64,000 nt of DNA from an uncultured Lysobacterales bacterium (GTDB taxonomy: Bacteria; Pseudomonadota; Gammaproteobacteria; Xanthomonadales; SZUA-36), in assembly GCA_937927755.1 (NCBI GenBank), contig CALBDB010000052.1, positions 12,265 through 76,264 on the forward strand. The letters are read 5' to 3'. Positions 1 through 9,958 of the stretch are shown in pieces. The notes beneath the pieces were generated by a model, which was not told where the DNA came from, searched no databases, and saw nothing but the letters and a program-made list of their open reading frames with translations. Numbering within the stretch: position 1 is the stretch's first letter; each line of letters begins with the position of its first letter. The translations under genes and the position numbers were made by a program.

Positions 1-30
1 CCGCTGGCGCCTACCAGTACAATTCGCATA

Positions 31-2163
31 TCAATTCCTCAAAGCCAATTCTTCGGTTTTATCCACGCACTCAACCCTGGCCGAACCATTTACACTTATC
101 TTACCGGATTCGATGTCTGGCATCCTCGCCGAAATACGTTTTACCGGCCCGCCCAGGCGCCAGTCGTAGAGGGTGGTAAATGCCAGTACACGGGGAATGT
201 AATCCCTCGTTTCAAAGTACGGCAGCGTCTCTACCCAGATAGCGGCTTCTCCCATTGGCCGGGTATTCAGCCAGCGTTTCACGGCATTAGGCCCAGCGTT
301 ATACGAGCCTGACACCAGCACCGGGTTATTATTGTAGTCCTTTAACAGGTCACTCATATAGGCCGTGCCGATGGGCAGATTACCACCCGCCGTTTTTAGC
401 TGGGAGCTGCCGCCCCAGGCCAAACCGTGCTTTTTCGCGACACGCTTGCCGGTTGCCGGGGTCACCTGCATCAGGCCCAGCGCATTGGCCGAAGATTGTG
501 CGCGCTCCATCATGGCGCTCTCCGAGCGAATCGTGCCAAAAACCCAGGCCGGCTCCAGCCCGTTTGCTGCGGCTTCACGTTTGATGTCCGCTTCCCAGGA
601 CAGCGGGAAGCGCCATTCGTAAAACTGCAGGTCGCCGCTGTTGCCAAGCGCAAATATTGCCCTGTCATGCCATTCTTCCCTGTGCGCCAGTGCGGCAACT
701 GCCCTTAAGTCCCCGGTTGGAAGCCGGTTTGTGGCCATCGACCATTCGCTGGTGGCCCAGTTGCCCATTTCCGCGCGCCTGAGTTCAAGCGCCCGCGCAA
801 ACCCGTCGATGCCGGCAATACGTTCAATCTCGGCTGTCTCGACCTGCGGTTGCCGCGGGCAAATGTTGTATGCGAGATCGAGTTCATCGGCTGCCAGGAA
901 GCCATAGTAATTCGCCTTTCCGGCCAGTTCCCGCAGCTGTTCCGACGGTGGTGAAACCTGCCCGGAACGCAGGCCGGCCTGCGCCTGCCAGTACCGCCAG
1001 CGGTCATCGTTGCTTGTTTCTTCCGGCATTTGCCCGATTACATTCAATAGCGCAGACCAGTCCTGCCTGCTCAGCAAAAACCTCGCCCACCATTCCAGCA
1101 ACTGCGAGTCCCGATACAAGACCGGCACTCTTGCCATGTGCGCGGCGGTATCGTCTTCCAGCGCCACCGCCGAATACAGCGCAATATCCCGCAGCAGAGC
1201 GGCCCTTTGCGGCTCACTCCAATTGAAGCTGTCATCCAGGATCTCAAATTTTTCCACGGCAAGGTCTGCGTCATTACGGGACAGGCGATGCAGCGAGGTC
1301 ATTACAATCTTCCGGGTTATTTCGTTGTCTGGCCAACGGCCAAGACGTTCCAGCCTTTTATAACCGGCACGGGCCTGTTTATACCAATCGCTCACCCAAC
1401 CCTGCTGATCGGCTGGAACAAAACGCGCCAGGTATTTGGCCAGGCCGTTATTGCCGGCAGCCATGGCCAAATCTATGCGCTCCCAGGCCAGGCTTTCCGG
1501 TATACCATCGGATTTAACCAGCCACGCGAATACAGGGTCGCACTCATCCGGCTGTGATTTGCCGACGGTCCAGAGACTTTGCGCCTCTGCCAACACACCG
1601 TCGGTCTGTTTCAGGATGATCTGGCCACGCGCCCGCTGACACCGCAGCACCGTATTTTTGACACCTTCCGAATTCGCCACCAGGTCTGACCAGCGGCCAT
1701 TCTTCGCCAGGGATCTCAGCCAGGAAGCGCGTAAGCCGGGTGCAAAAGCCCATTCGTTGTAGGTGTCGAGAAACGCCGTCATTTCAGCAGCCGGAACAGC
1801 AGCGCGGCGATTGCGATAATCCTCGTACTGCAGGTAGGGATACAGCAGGTAATCCTGGAGACCATCCTTGACCTTGTTGAAACTGTCGCGGTCTCCATTT
1901 CTGGCGGCCTCCCAAGCGGTTTTGAATTGCTCAAGCTGAAAATCCTCGGCGCTGACGGACGCCGCTGCCAAGCCACTGACTACACAAAACAGCAGTGCCA
2001 AAAAACGTCCTGGCAAACGTCCTGGCAAACATGCGTGCTGCCGCCCGGCGATGGCCTGGGTTATGCTTGTTTGCGCAAAGTATTTCAAAGACCGCTTAAA
2101 AATCATTTTCAATGGCAGTGTCATGGATAGAACCAATTTATGCAAACGCAGACTGCTCGGCAA
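31..2163 (-). CDS. slt: Soluble lytic murein transglycosylase (Slt70-like)
   Basis: 710-aa ORF with the C-terminal SLT catalytic block 'ESAMMERAQSSANALGLMQVTPATG'. It has a long helical N-terminal region and a signal-like 'FLALLFCVVSGLAAASVSA'. The true start is probably downstream of 2163. Confidence 0.85.
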   Translation of the reverse strand: MPSSLRLHKLVLSMTLPLKMIFKRSLKYFAQTSITQAIAGRQHACLPGRLPGRFLALLFCVVSGLAAASVSAEDFQLEQFKTAWEAARNGDRDSFNKVKDGLQDYLLYPYLQYEDYRNRRAAVPAAEMTAFLDTYNEWAFAPGLRASWLRSLAKNGRWSDLVANSEGVKNTVLRCQRARGQIILKQTDGVLAEAQSLWTVGKSQPDECDPVFAWLVKSDGIPESLAWERIDLAMAAGNNGLAKYLARFVPADQQGWVSDWYKQARAGYKRLERLGRWPDNEITRKIVMTSLHRLSRNDADLAVEKFEILDDSFNWSEPQRAALLRDIALYSAVALEDDTAAHMARVPVLYRDSQLLEWWARFLLSRQDWSALLNVIGQMPEETSNDDRWRYWQAQAGLRSGQVSPPSEQLRELAGKANYYGFLAADELDLAYNICPRQPQVETAEIERIAGIDGFARALELRRAEMGNWATSEWSMATNRLPTGDLRAVAALAHREEWHDRAIFALGNSGDLQFYEWRFPLSWEADIKREAAANGLEPAWVFGTIRSESAMMERAQSSANALGLMQVTPATGKRVAKKHGLAWGGSSQLKTAGGNLPIGTAYMSDLLKDYNNNPVLVSGSYNAGPNAVKRWLNTRPMGEAAIWVETLPYFETRDYIPRVLAFTTLYDWRLGGPVKRISARMPDIESGKISVNGSARVECVDKTEELALRN

Positions 2164-2229
2164 GCCCGCAATGAAAAATCACCTTGAACAGCAAATCCGA
2201 AACAGCATACACGTCGATGATCAGGGACG

Positions 2230-3009
2230 ATGATCTGGCTTGAATATGCATTGGCCGGTTTATTTGCCGGTTTTCTGGCCGGATACCTTGGTATCGGCGG
2301 CGGACTTGTTTTGGTGCCGGTACTGAGTTGGCTGTTCAGCCATGATCCAGCCACCGCGGACATGGCCGTGCAGATGGCAGTCGCCACCTCGCTGGCCACG
2401 ATGCTGTTTACTTCGATGAGTTCGCTGCTCTCACACCAAAAGCATGGCGCCATTTTATGGCCACTGGTCAAGCAGATGCTGCCCGGTCTGCTGGCCGGCG
2501 CCCTGCTTGGAAGCATCATTGCCGATGGCATCGGCAACACTGCGCTGGGCTATATATTTGCCGTTTTCGCGCTGGTCGTCGGTCTGCAAATGCTGCGTGG
2601 TGGCGGCCAGCCGGGGGACCGGCCGCTGCCTGGCCGCTTCATGATTGCAGGTACCGGTCTTGGCATTGGCACGCTTTCGAGCCTGCTTGGCATCGGCGGT
2701 GGCAGCATGACCGTGCCCTGGCTGTTGTGGCACGGGCAAAAGGTTCAGAAATCCATCGCAACGGCCGCCGCCTGCGGTTATCCCATTGCGGTTGCCGGCA
2801 CCCTTGGGTTCGTGTTGCTCGGAGACAATCAGACTTCGGCCCCGGCGCTTGGATACGTCCATTTACAGGCGCTTGCCGGGGTCGCGCTGTTCAGTGTATT
2901 CGGGGCGCCGCTGGGTGTGGCTGCCGTGCACAGGAGTTCACCTCTTTTGGCAAAACGCTTTTTTGCCGTGTTCCTGCTGGTCGTGGCTGTAAAGATGATT
3001 TTCAGGTAA
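2230..3009 (+). CDS. TSUP (TauE/SafE) family membrane permease
   Basis: 259 aa, multi-TM, with the internally duplicated motif 'GYLGIGGGLVLVP' / 'LLGIGGGSMTVP' typical of TauE/SafE-YfcA proteins. Confidence 0.8.
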   Translation: MIWLEYALAGLFAGFLAGYLGIGGGLVLVPVLSWLFSHDPATADMAVQMAVATSLATMLFTSMSSLLSHQKHGAILWPLVKQMLPGLLAGALLGSIIADGIGNTALGYIFAVFALVVGLQMLRGGGQPGDRPLPGRFMIAGTGLGIGTLSSLLGIGGGSMTVPWLLWHGQKVQKSIATAAACGYPIAVAGTLGFVLLGDNQTSAPALGYVHLQALAGVALFSVFGAPLGVAAVHRSSPLLAKRFFAVFLLVVAVKMIFR

Positions 3010-3038
3010 ACCTTGCCGGTGGCTTAGCCTGGTGAGAT

Positions 3039-5261
3039 TCATTCCACCGGTAAGATAATCGTCGTAAACGCACCACCAACGGCGGGGTTATTGATCGTGA
3101 TGCGGCCATCGTGCTCGACGACGATTTTGCGGCAAATGGCCAGGCCCAGGCCGCTGCCTTCGGATTTGAAAGTCACGTAGGGCTCAAAGGGTTTCTCGAG
3201 CACGGCTTGCGGATAACCGGGACCACGGTCGCTGACCTCCATCTCCAACCATTTCCTGCCGGCCTGCCTGATCAGCCTGGTGCGGATGTGGACCTCTGCA
3301 TGGCTGTCTTTGTCGACGGCCTCGCTGGAATTGACCACGAGGTTGTGGAGCAACTGTCGAATCTGCCCGCTGTCGGCAGACAAGCCCGGCGGACCGCTAA
3401 TCAACTTGAGGTGGAACTGCACCCGCTGGTCCTCGTGCCGGTACAGTTCGACAACCTCGTGAATAAGTTGGTCAAGCTCCAGTGGTTCGCGTTCCAGTTG
3501 CGGGCCCTGGGCGTAATCACCAAAGGCATCGACCAGCGTACGCAATGCCTCAACCTGCGCAACGATGGTCCCGGTGGCGCTGTCCAGCATCGTGCCATCC
3601 TTGTCATTCAGCTTGCTCATGAGCTTCATACGCAGGCGTTCCGCCGCCAGGCGGATTGGCGTCAGGGGGTTTTTCACCTCGTGTGCCAGCCGGCGCGCCA
3701 CTTCGGCCCAGGCGGCTTCCCGCTGGGCCAGGTTGAGCATCGTGACATCGTCAAATACGATAACCATTCCGCCCACGTGGCTGTGCTCTTTATCCAGTCG
3801 CGATCCGCGCACCAGCAACACCAGGGTCTGCCCATGCGCCTGCAAGCGTATCTCCTTCTGCCACTCGGCCGGGCCACGTCCGATCTGGAGTCGTATCAGT
3901 TCAGCCAGCGGTGCCAGTAACGGTGCTGTTTCGGCCCGATCTGCCAGCTTGTGTCCAACAAAGAAACCCCTTGGCATAGCCAGGATATCCTCGGCGGCGG
4001 CGTTGGCCGTGACCACCGTCTGGTTATTGTCAAGGGTCAACACACCGGCGGTGAGGCTGCCGAGCACCGTTTCAAAATACTCGCTTTGCTCCTGTAGCTG
4101 CGCCCTGCTGTTCTCCGCTTCTTCGCTCGCGCTGGTCAGGGCCTCTGTCATCTCGTTGAACGACTGTACAAGGAATCCCAGTTCATCGCGGGTCTCAGCC
4201 TGAATTTCATAAGTCAGGTCCCCCCCGGCGATTTCACGTGTCGCCTGAGCCAGTTTTGAAATAGGTGTCACCATTCTGCGTGCGACATTCAGCGCTGCGA
4301 GTATTGCCAGCAATACGGTCAGTAACAGCACCAGTGACAGGATCAGGATAAAACTTTGCTTGAGCGGTTCGCGCAGGTAGCTGAGGTTCTGGTAGCGGTA
4401 GTATTCCTTCTCAATTTTTCCGGCCAGCGACGTCACCGATTCAGGCAACGGATAGATCGCCTGTAACAGGTATGCCTGTCTGCCTGTTTCAGTGACATCC
4501 AGCCACTGAATCACCCGTATCTGCAAAACCCCGTCACTGACCGGTTCCACTGCTGCAAATTCACCTTGATCCAGGGCCTGTAACAAAGCGTAGTCACCCG
4601 GCCGTTCAGGCAGACCTGCGAGCATATTGATACTTGCGCTGGCAACCATCCGGCCATCGCTTTCCATGACCGAAAGCTCCAGCGGCCCGGCGGTACTGAC
4701 GTTTGCCAACAGGGTTCTGCGCACGGCTTCCACGTCTTCTGCGGGGTTTTCAATTTCACGCCGCAGGCGCAACACCTGGTTCCTGACCTCAAGCGTGCGA
4801 TTCTCGAGGAATTGCTGCCCCAGTTCCAGCGAGCCGGCGAGCGCCGACTCGACACCGACGTCAAACCAGCTATCCACCGTCCTGGTCAGGAAGTATGCCG
4901 AGAAAAAGTAAACGATCAGTGCCGGCGGCAACGATAAAACCAGGAAATACCTGACCCAGCGCGCCGACAGCAAGGCGCCGGGAGTGTGTTCACGGACTTT
5001 CCTGGTCAATGAAGCCACCCGGTGAAATATTGCAGCCGTGACGACCAGCAGGGCAAATATGGTCAACCCCAGCACCCACACGTAAGGCTGACCGATGCCG
5101 CTGGCATCCTGCTGGACATTGCTGACGAGGATTAGTGACACGAGCAGGACTACCAGGGCCACCGCCACCGGCAGCACTCTCAAGACGAGCCGTCTTACGC
5201 GCTTATTTCGAAAGGCCATACCGACCACTCCGAATCGTGCCGCCACTGGGATGAAAACCAC
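3039..5261 (-). CDS. NtrY-like sensor histidine kinase (TM-HAMP-PAS-HisKA-HATPase)
   Basis: 740 aa with N-terminal TM segments, H-box 'LAHEVKNPLTPI', N box 'HNLVVNSSEA', and G boxes 'DRGPGY' and 'GSGLGLAICRKIV'. It lies directly downstream of rsmB-DUF4390, as at NtrY loci. An alternative start is at 5219 (MAFRNKR). Confidence 0.75.
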   Translation of the reverse strand: MVFIPVAARFGVVGMAFRNKRVRRLVLRVLPVAVALVVLLVSLILVSNVQQDASGIGQPYVWVLGLTIFALLVVTAAIFHRVASLTRKVREHTPGALLSARWVRYFLVLSLPPALIVYFFSAYFLTRTVDSWFDVGVESALAGSLELGQQFLENRTLEVRNQVLRLRREIENPAEDVEAVRRTLLANVSTAGPLELSVMESDGRMVASASINMLAGLPERPGDYALLQALDQGEFAAVEPVSDGVLQIRVIQWLDVTETGRQAYLLQAIYPLPESVTSLAGKIEKEYYRYQNLSYLREPLKQSFILILSLVLLLTVLLAILAALNVARRMVTPISKLAQATREIAGGDLTYEIQAETRDELGFLVQSFNEMTEALTSASEEAENSRAQLQEQSEYFETVLGSLTAGVLTLDNNQTVVTANAAAEDILAMPRGFFVGHKLADRAETAPLLAPLAELIRLQIGRGPAEWQKEIRLQAHGQTLVLLVRGSRLDKEHSHVGGMVIVFDDVTMLNLAQREAAWAEVARRLAHEVKNPLTPIRLAAERLRMKLMSKLNDKDGTMLDSATGTIVAQVEALRTLVDAFGDYAQGPQLEREPLELDQLIHEVVELYRHEDQRVQFHLKLISGPPGLSADSGQIRQLLHNLVVNSSEAVDKDSHAEVHIRTRLIRQAGRKWLEMEVSDRGPGYPQAVLEKPFEPYVTFKSEGSGLGLAICRKIVVEHDGRITINNPAVGGAFTTIILPVE

Positions 5262-5746
5262 GCCGGTAACTGCATGGGCGCGGGCAGGCTTCTCTCGTCA
5301 AGACGCACGCGAACACGCAGTTCGTAACTGCCTGGCGGCAACGGCCCGGTGGAAACGGGGACATCAAGGTCATCAATGGCCGCCAACAAGTGTCGCAGAC
5401 GCGGGTAGGTTTTCATTCCGCCGGTTTTTTCTGAAGCCAACTGGTAACGCTCGCTCAACGGCAGGTAACTAATCTGAAAGCGGTTGCTGTCTTTTTTTGC
5501 AACGATCATGTTGTTTTCATTACGCAGTTCCATTTCCAGCACAACCGTCAGCGTGACACCGTGCTCCAAGGCTTCACGTGCCTGCTCGCTTAACTCGAGG
5601 TCCTGCTGCAACCTGACATTCAGCGACTGGTAAGCACGGTTTACATTTACGTTATTGATGGAAAACCCGTAATTAACCGGACCCTGCTGGTCACAGCCGG
5701 CAACAAAAAACGCCGCGATACTAAGCAGACTTACGCAAAACCGCAT
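5195..5746 (-). CDS. DUF4390-like lipoprotein
   Basis: 183 aa with lipobox 'FFVAGC'. The position between rsmB and the NtrY-like kinase is the usual place for DUF4390 (family recalled from memory). Confidence 0.55.
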   Translation of the reverse strand: MRFCVSLLSIAAFFVAGCDQQGPVNYGFSINNVNVNRAYQSLNVRLQQDLELSEQAREALEHGVTLTVVLEMELRNENNMIVAKKDSNRFQISYLPLSERYQLASEKTGGMKTYPRLRHLLAAIDDLDVPVSTGPLPPGSYELRVRVRLDERSLPAPMQLPAWFSSQWRHDSEWSVWPFEISA

Positions 5747-7034
5747 AAAAAAATCCGTCCATCTGAGCTTCCCCGGGCATGACCTGGCGCCCGCATGACT
5801 CGAGCGTGCCCCATTCTACAGCAGGTAGCTCGGCAACCGCGTCAGTATGTTGTTCCAGAAAGTGTCGGATTTGTTGGTTATTCTCACGCCTGAACACCGA
5901 GCAGGTTGCGTAGACGAGTATTCCGCCATTTTCAAGCAGTGGCCACAGGGCCTTCAGCAGTCCGGCCTGGGTCTGCACCGCTGCGTCCACCTGACCGCTG
6001 TCCCTTAACCACTTGATTTCCGGATGCCGGCGGATTACACCGCTTGCGCTACAGGGCGCATCGAGCAGGATCTTGTTGAACTTCTCCCCATTCCACCAAC
6101 TGTCGGGATCGGCAGCATCGGCATGCTTTACGTTCGCTGCCAGCCCGAGGCGTCCAAGGGTCTGGTGAATTTGCTCGACGCGTCTTTCCTGCCTGTCGAG
6201 GGCAGTCAGTTCAATACCAGGGCTGCTTTCCAGCAAGTGGGCCGTTTTACCGCCCGGTGCAGCACAGGCATCCAGTATGCAGTCTCCGCTGCGGGGCTCC
6301 AGTAAATCCCGCGCCAACTGCGCGGCTGGGTCCTGTACGGAAAGCCAGCCATTTTCAAACCCCGGAACCCTGGTCACTGCTGCCGCCGGGCTAATGGCGA
6401 TGGCGTCACGGGCGTAGGGGTGTTCAGTGACCTCAAAGCCCGCATTCGCCAGGTTCTCTCTCAGTTTGCCCTCATCCGCCCGTTGCCGGTTGATTCGCAA
6501 CCACAGCGGCGCCTGTTTGTTATTGGCCTCGATCATCGACTGCCATTGCTGCGGCCAGTCCTGCTTCAATTCCTTCAGCATCCAACCCGGGTGAGCAAAG
6601 CGCTGTTCCACCTGCCCAAGTTTTTCCAGTAACTGTTCACGCTCACGTTGAAAGCGCCTCAAACAGGCATTGATCAATCCGACGGCCCAGGGCTTGCCCA
6701 GCAAACGCGCACATTCCGCGGTTTCATTGATGGCCGCATGGCTGGCGGTGTCGTCCTGCCACAACTGTTGCAAGCCAAGCAGCAATAATCGTTGAACATC
6801 GCGTTCACGCTGCTTGACAGGCTTTGTCAGCAACCCGGCAGCCAGCCACTCAAGGGCGGTTTTCCATCGCAGGACACCATAAGCCAGGTGCCGGGCAAAA
6901 GCATTGTCACGGCCTTCACGGAGCCGTGACAGAGCTTCACTCTCTGCCAGGTGCCGGTTCGAATCCAGCACCTCCGAAAGTGCCTGGAGTGCTGCGATGC
7001 GGGGATTCTGCGAGTTTTTCTTCGATTTAGACAA
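5721..7034 (-). CDS. rsmB: 16S rRNA (cytosine967-C5)-methyltransferase
   Basis: 437 aa with an N-terminal NusB-like region. SAM-MTase motifs present: 'LDACAAPGGKT', 'DAPCSASGVIRRHPEIKW', 'YATCS'. Conserved fmt-rsmB order. Confidence 0.9.
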   Translation of the reverse strand: MSKSKKNSQNPRIAALQALSEVLDSNRHLAESEALSRLREGRDNAFARHLAYGVLRWKTALEWLAAGLLTKPVKQRERDVQRLLLLGLQQLWQDDTASHAAINETAECARLLGKPWAVGLINACLRRFQREREQLLEKLGQVEQRFAHPGWMLKELKQDWPQQWQSMIEANNKQAPLWLRINRQRADEGKLRENLANAGFEVTEHPYARDAIAISPAAAVTRVPGFENGWLSVQDPAAQLARDLLEPRSGDCILDACAAPGGKTAHLLESSPGIELTALDRQERRVEQIHQTLGRLGLAANVKHADAADPDSWWNGEKFNKILLDAPCSASGVIRRHPEIKWLRDSGQVDAAVQTQAGLLKALWPLLENGGILVYATCSVFRRENNQQIRHFLEQHTDAVAELPAVEWGTLESCGRQVMPGEAQMDGFFYAVLRKSA

Positions 7035-7035
7035 A

Positions 7036-7977
7036 CTATTCCCCGTTGCGGAGATCGTGTGCGTTCAAAAATTGCCCGATTGTCATACGCTGCCCACCCG
7101 CTTTCTGTATCTCCAGAATTTTCAGCGATTCTTCTGCCGTACCGACGAGCAGCGACTGGTCTTCTACGAGGATTTCTCCCGGTTTGAGGCCCGCTGAATT
7201 GTCCACCACTTCGGCCTGCCAGATCCGCAGACGCTGGCCACCTAGTTCGCACCACGCCACCGGCCAGGGGTTGAATGCCCGGATCTTGCGCTCCAGCACC
7301 CCGGCCGCTTCATTCCAGTCAAGTTCTGCTTCCGCCTTGCTCAGTTTGCGGGCGTAGGTCGCTTCGGCGGCGTTCTGCTTCTGTGGTTGTGGAAGCTCAT
7401 CGTTGCCCAGCATGTCGATGCATTCATTCAGCGCCTGTGCACCCATTTCGGCCAGCCGGTCGTGAATACTCCCCGCAGTATCCAGCGCACCGATATCAGT
7501 AGAAAGGCAATGGAAAACGGGTCCCGTATCAAGGGCAGGCTCAATCATCATGATACAGACACCGGTCTGCTCATCGCCCGCTTCAATGGCCCGCTGGATG
7601 GGGGCGGCGCCGCGCCAGCGCGGCAGCAATGAAGCGTGGATGTTCCAGCATCCCAGGCTTGGCATGGCCAGCAGTCGGTCCGGAATCATCAGGCCATAGG
7701 CCACTACGATCACCAACTCCGGCTGCAGGGCCTCGATCCTGTCCAGCCACTCATCGTCCTTCAGTGTTTGTGGTTGCAGTACCTCTAGGCCATTCTCCAG
7801 CGCCAGTTGCTTGACCGGACTGGCGCGTAACTGCTTGCCGCGCCCGGCCGGCCGGTCGGGCTGGGTCAGGACCGCGACAAGGTTGCAACCCCTGTCGATC
7901 AGCGCCTGCAACGGCGGCAGGGCAAATTCCGGTGTCCCGGCAAACAGAACACGCAACGCTTGGGGTTTATTGTTCAA
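7036..7977 (-). CDS. fmt: Methionyl-tRNA formyltransferase
   Basis: 313 aa with 'RVLFAGTPEFALPPL', 'NIHASLLPRWRGAAPIQRAI' and def-fmt synteny. Confidence 0.95.
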   Translation of the reverse strand: MNNKPQALRVLFAGTPEFALPPLQALIDRGCNLVAVLTQPDRPAGRGKQLRASPVKQLALENGLEVLQPQTLKDDEWLDRIEALQPELVIVVAYGLMIPDRLLAMPSLGCWNIHASLLPRWRGAAPIQRAIEAGDEQTGVCIMMIEPALDTGPVFHCLSTDIGALDTAGSIHDRLAEMGAQALNECIDMLGNDELPQPQKQNAAEATYARKLSKAEAELDWNEAAGVLERKIRAFNPWPVAWCELGGQRLRIWQAEVVDNSAGLKPGEILVEDQSLLVGTAEESLKILEIQKAGGQRMTIGQFLNAHDLRNGE

Positions 7978-7993
7978 GTGATACCAGGCCTGT

Positions 7994-8524
7994 TTAAATT
8001 ACGAGGTGGTCTTCGGCTTCTTTGGCGGCCACTTTCCGTTGTTTTTCGAGTTTCTTCCTGACCATATTTCGCTTCAACGGTGACAGGTAATCCACAAAAA
8101 GACGTCCAACCAAGTGGTCCATTTCATGCTGAATGCACACGGCATGCAAGCCTTCAAGTTGTTCTTCAAACACATTCCCATCTGCATCCCGGGCCTTCAC
8201 CGTGATGTTTTCAGCCCGTTTGACACTGGCATATATTCCCGGCACCGACAGACATCCTTCCTCGTGAGTCTGCTCTCCGGCCTGGCTTGTGATCTCGGGG
8301 TTAATGTAAACACGCGGCTGGTTCTGATCTGCGCTGACATCAAGCACCAGCAAGCGTTTGTGGACATTTACCTGGGTTGCCGCAAGACCGATTCCATTCG
8401 CCTCATACATCGTTTGCGTCATATCCTGGACGAGCTTTTTCAGGGATTCATCGAAGTTTTCCACCGGTTTTGCGACCGTTGTCAAGCGCGGATCGGGGAA
8501 TTCCAAAATATTCAGTTTTGCCAT
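7994..8524 (-). CDS. def: Peptide deformylase
   Basis: 176 aa with all three PDF motifs: 'GIGLAATQV', 'EGCLSVPG', 'HEMDHL'. Confidence 0.95.
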   Translation of the reverse strand: MAKLNILEFPDPRLTTVAKPVENFDESLKKLVQDMTQTMYEANGIGLAATQVNVHKRLLVLDVSADQNQPRVYINPEITSQAGEQTHEEGCLSVPGIYASVKRAENITVKARDADGNVFEEQLEGLHAVCIQHEMDHLVGRLFVDYLSPLKRNMVRKKLEKQRKVAAKEAEDHLVI

Positions 8525-8616
8525 ATGCTTCTGTGCCTGATAAATAATTTAGGTGAACTTTTGCACCACAGGATTTATGATAGCGAATGACGAACTATGT
8601 TCGCCAGTAAAGAATA

Positions 8617-9843
8617 ATGACCGCATCGGTCAAGATGGCTGGATGCCTACTATATGGGGAAAGGACCGTGATTAAGAAAATTTTTCACCTTATCCTGGTG
8701 GCGATGTTGGCAAGCGCAGCGATGGCACAGGACGTGTCAGTGCGCCCCGATCACCCTGATGAATACGTAGTCGTAGAGGGTGATACCCTGTGGGACATCT
8801 CTGGGAAGTTTCTGGAACACCCTTGGCAATGGCCAGCGATCTGGCATGCCAACCCGCAAATAGAAAACCCTCACCTGATCTATCCGGGCGACCGCATTTC
8901 GCTGGTTTATATTGATGGCAAACCCCGCCTGGTCGTTAACGGTGACAAGCCGACCGTACGCATGTCTCCCGAGATACGCGCTTTGCCTCGCGACCCTATT
9001 CAACCTATCGAATGGGATGCTATCAAGCATTTTGTTACCAATGCCCGTGTACTTCCACCCGGAGACTATTCCGACCTGCCTTACGTGGTGGCCAACGAAA
9101 ATGACCGGCACCTGGCAAGTACGAAAGATCTTACGTATGTACGGGGACTTGAAGGACGTATCGGTGAGGAATTTGCTATCGTTCGGAAACGCCACATCTA
9201 TTACGATGACAACGGCGTAATGGAAAGAGGCAAACACCACAGGTACGCAACACATTTACGTATCATGGACGAATATCCGGATAACGTCTGGGATGCCACC
9301 TTGTCGTGGCGGGTCAAGAACCCTCCGATCCTGGGTGTTGAGTTCTGGGATATCGCGGTGGGCAGGCTGCTGAAAGAGGGTGATCCGGCAATCCTTGAGA
9401 TCCAGGGCGGCCGTACGGAAGTCAAATCGGGTGATTATATTTTGCCCATTGACGATTATGTACATGACCCGCAGCTGATACCGCACGCAATGAACCCGGT
9501 ACCGGAAGGTATTGAAGTCATCGCATTGACCCAGACCACCTATGGTTCCGGTCACTACCAGATTGTTGCGATCAGTGCCGGTAACAACCAGGGTGTTGAG
9601 GTCGGCCACGTATTTTCAACCTTCCGTCCCGGCAAACGAATTCAGGACGAGGTGAAGTACCCAACGGGCAGCTTTGCAGACCAAAAAACCTTGAATGGTG
9701 ACAAGGTCACTCTGCCGGACCAGTGGAGTGGTCATATCCTGGTGTTCAGGGTATTTGACGAAGTCAGTTACGCCATGATTATGGATGGGGATCGTCCGGT
9801 TCGTGAACGTGATATTTTGAAACACCCGGACGAGACGCTTTAA
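8617..9843 (+). CDS. LysM domain periplasmic protein (TsaP/PA0020-like position)
   Basis: LysM motif 'YVVVEGDTLWDISGKF...IYPGDRI', signal peptide 'ILVAMLASAAMAQD', divergent from def. The likely true start is GTG 8668 (VIKKIF), preceded by a GGAAAGGA Shine-Dalgarno. Confidence 0.8.
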   Translation: MTASVKMAGCLLYGERTVIKKIFHLILVAMLASAAMAQDVSVRPDHPDEYVVVEGDTLWDISGKFLEHPWQWPAIWHANPQIENPHLIYPGDRISLVYIDGKPRLVVNGDKPTVRMSPEIRALPRDPIQPIEWDAIKHFVTNARVLPPGDYSDLPYVVANENDRHLASTKDLTYVRGLEGRIGEEFAIVRKRHIYYDDNGVMERGKHHRYATHLRIMDEYPDNVWDATLSWRVKNPPILGVEFWDIAVGRLLKEGDPAILEIQGGRTEVKSGDYILPIDDYVHDPQLIPHAMNPVPEGIEVIALTQTTYGSGHYQIVAISAGNNQGVEVGHVFSTFRPGKRIQDEVKYPTGSFADQKTLNGDKVTLPDQWSGHILVFRVFDEVSYAMIMDGDRPVRERDILKHPDETL

Positions 9844-9958
9844 CGATACAGGTGTAACCAAGGGGGCTGCCACGAAGCAGCGTGACTGGCTAGTAGTTCT
9901 GAATGCGCCCTCGCTCGGGGGCGCATCGCTTATCAGGGTAATTGAAGCACTGGGCGGC

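Noticed and set aside
6950-6975. tRNA T-arm-like 'GCCGGTTCGAATCCAGC' on the plus strand.
   Set aside because: It lies inside the well-supported rsmB CDS. The stem has a mismatch, and no acceptor, D or anticodon arms can be built around it.
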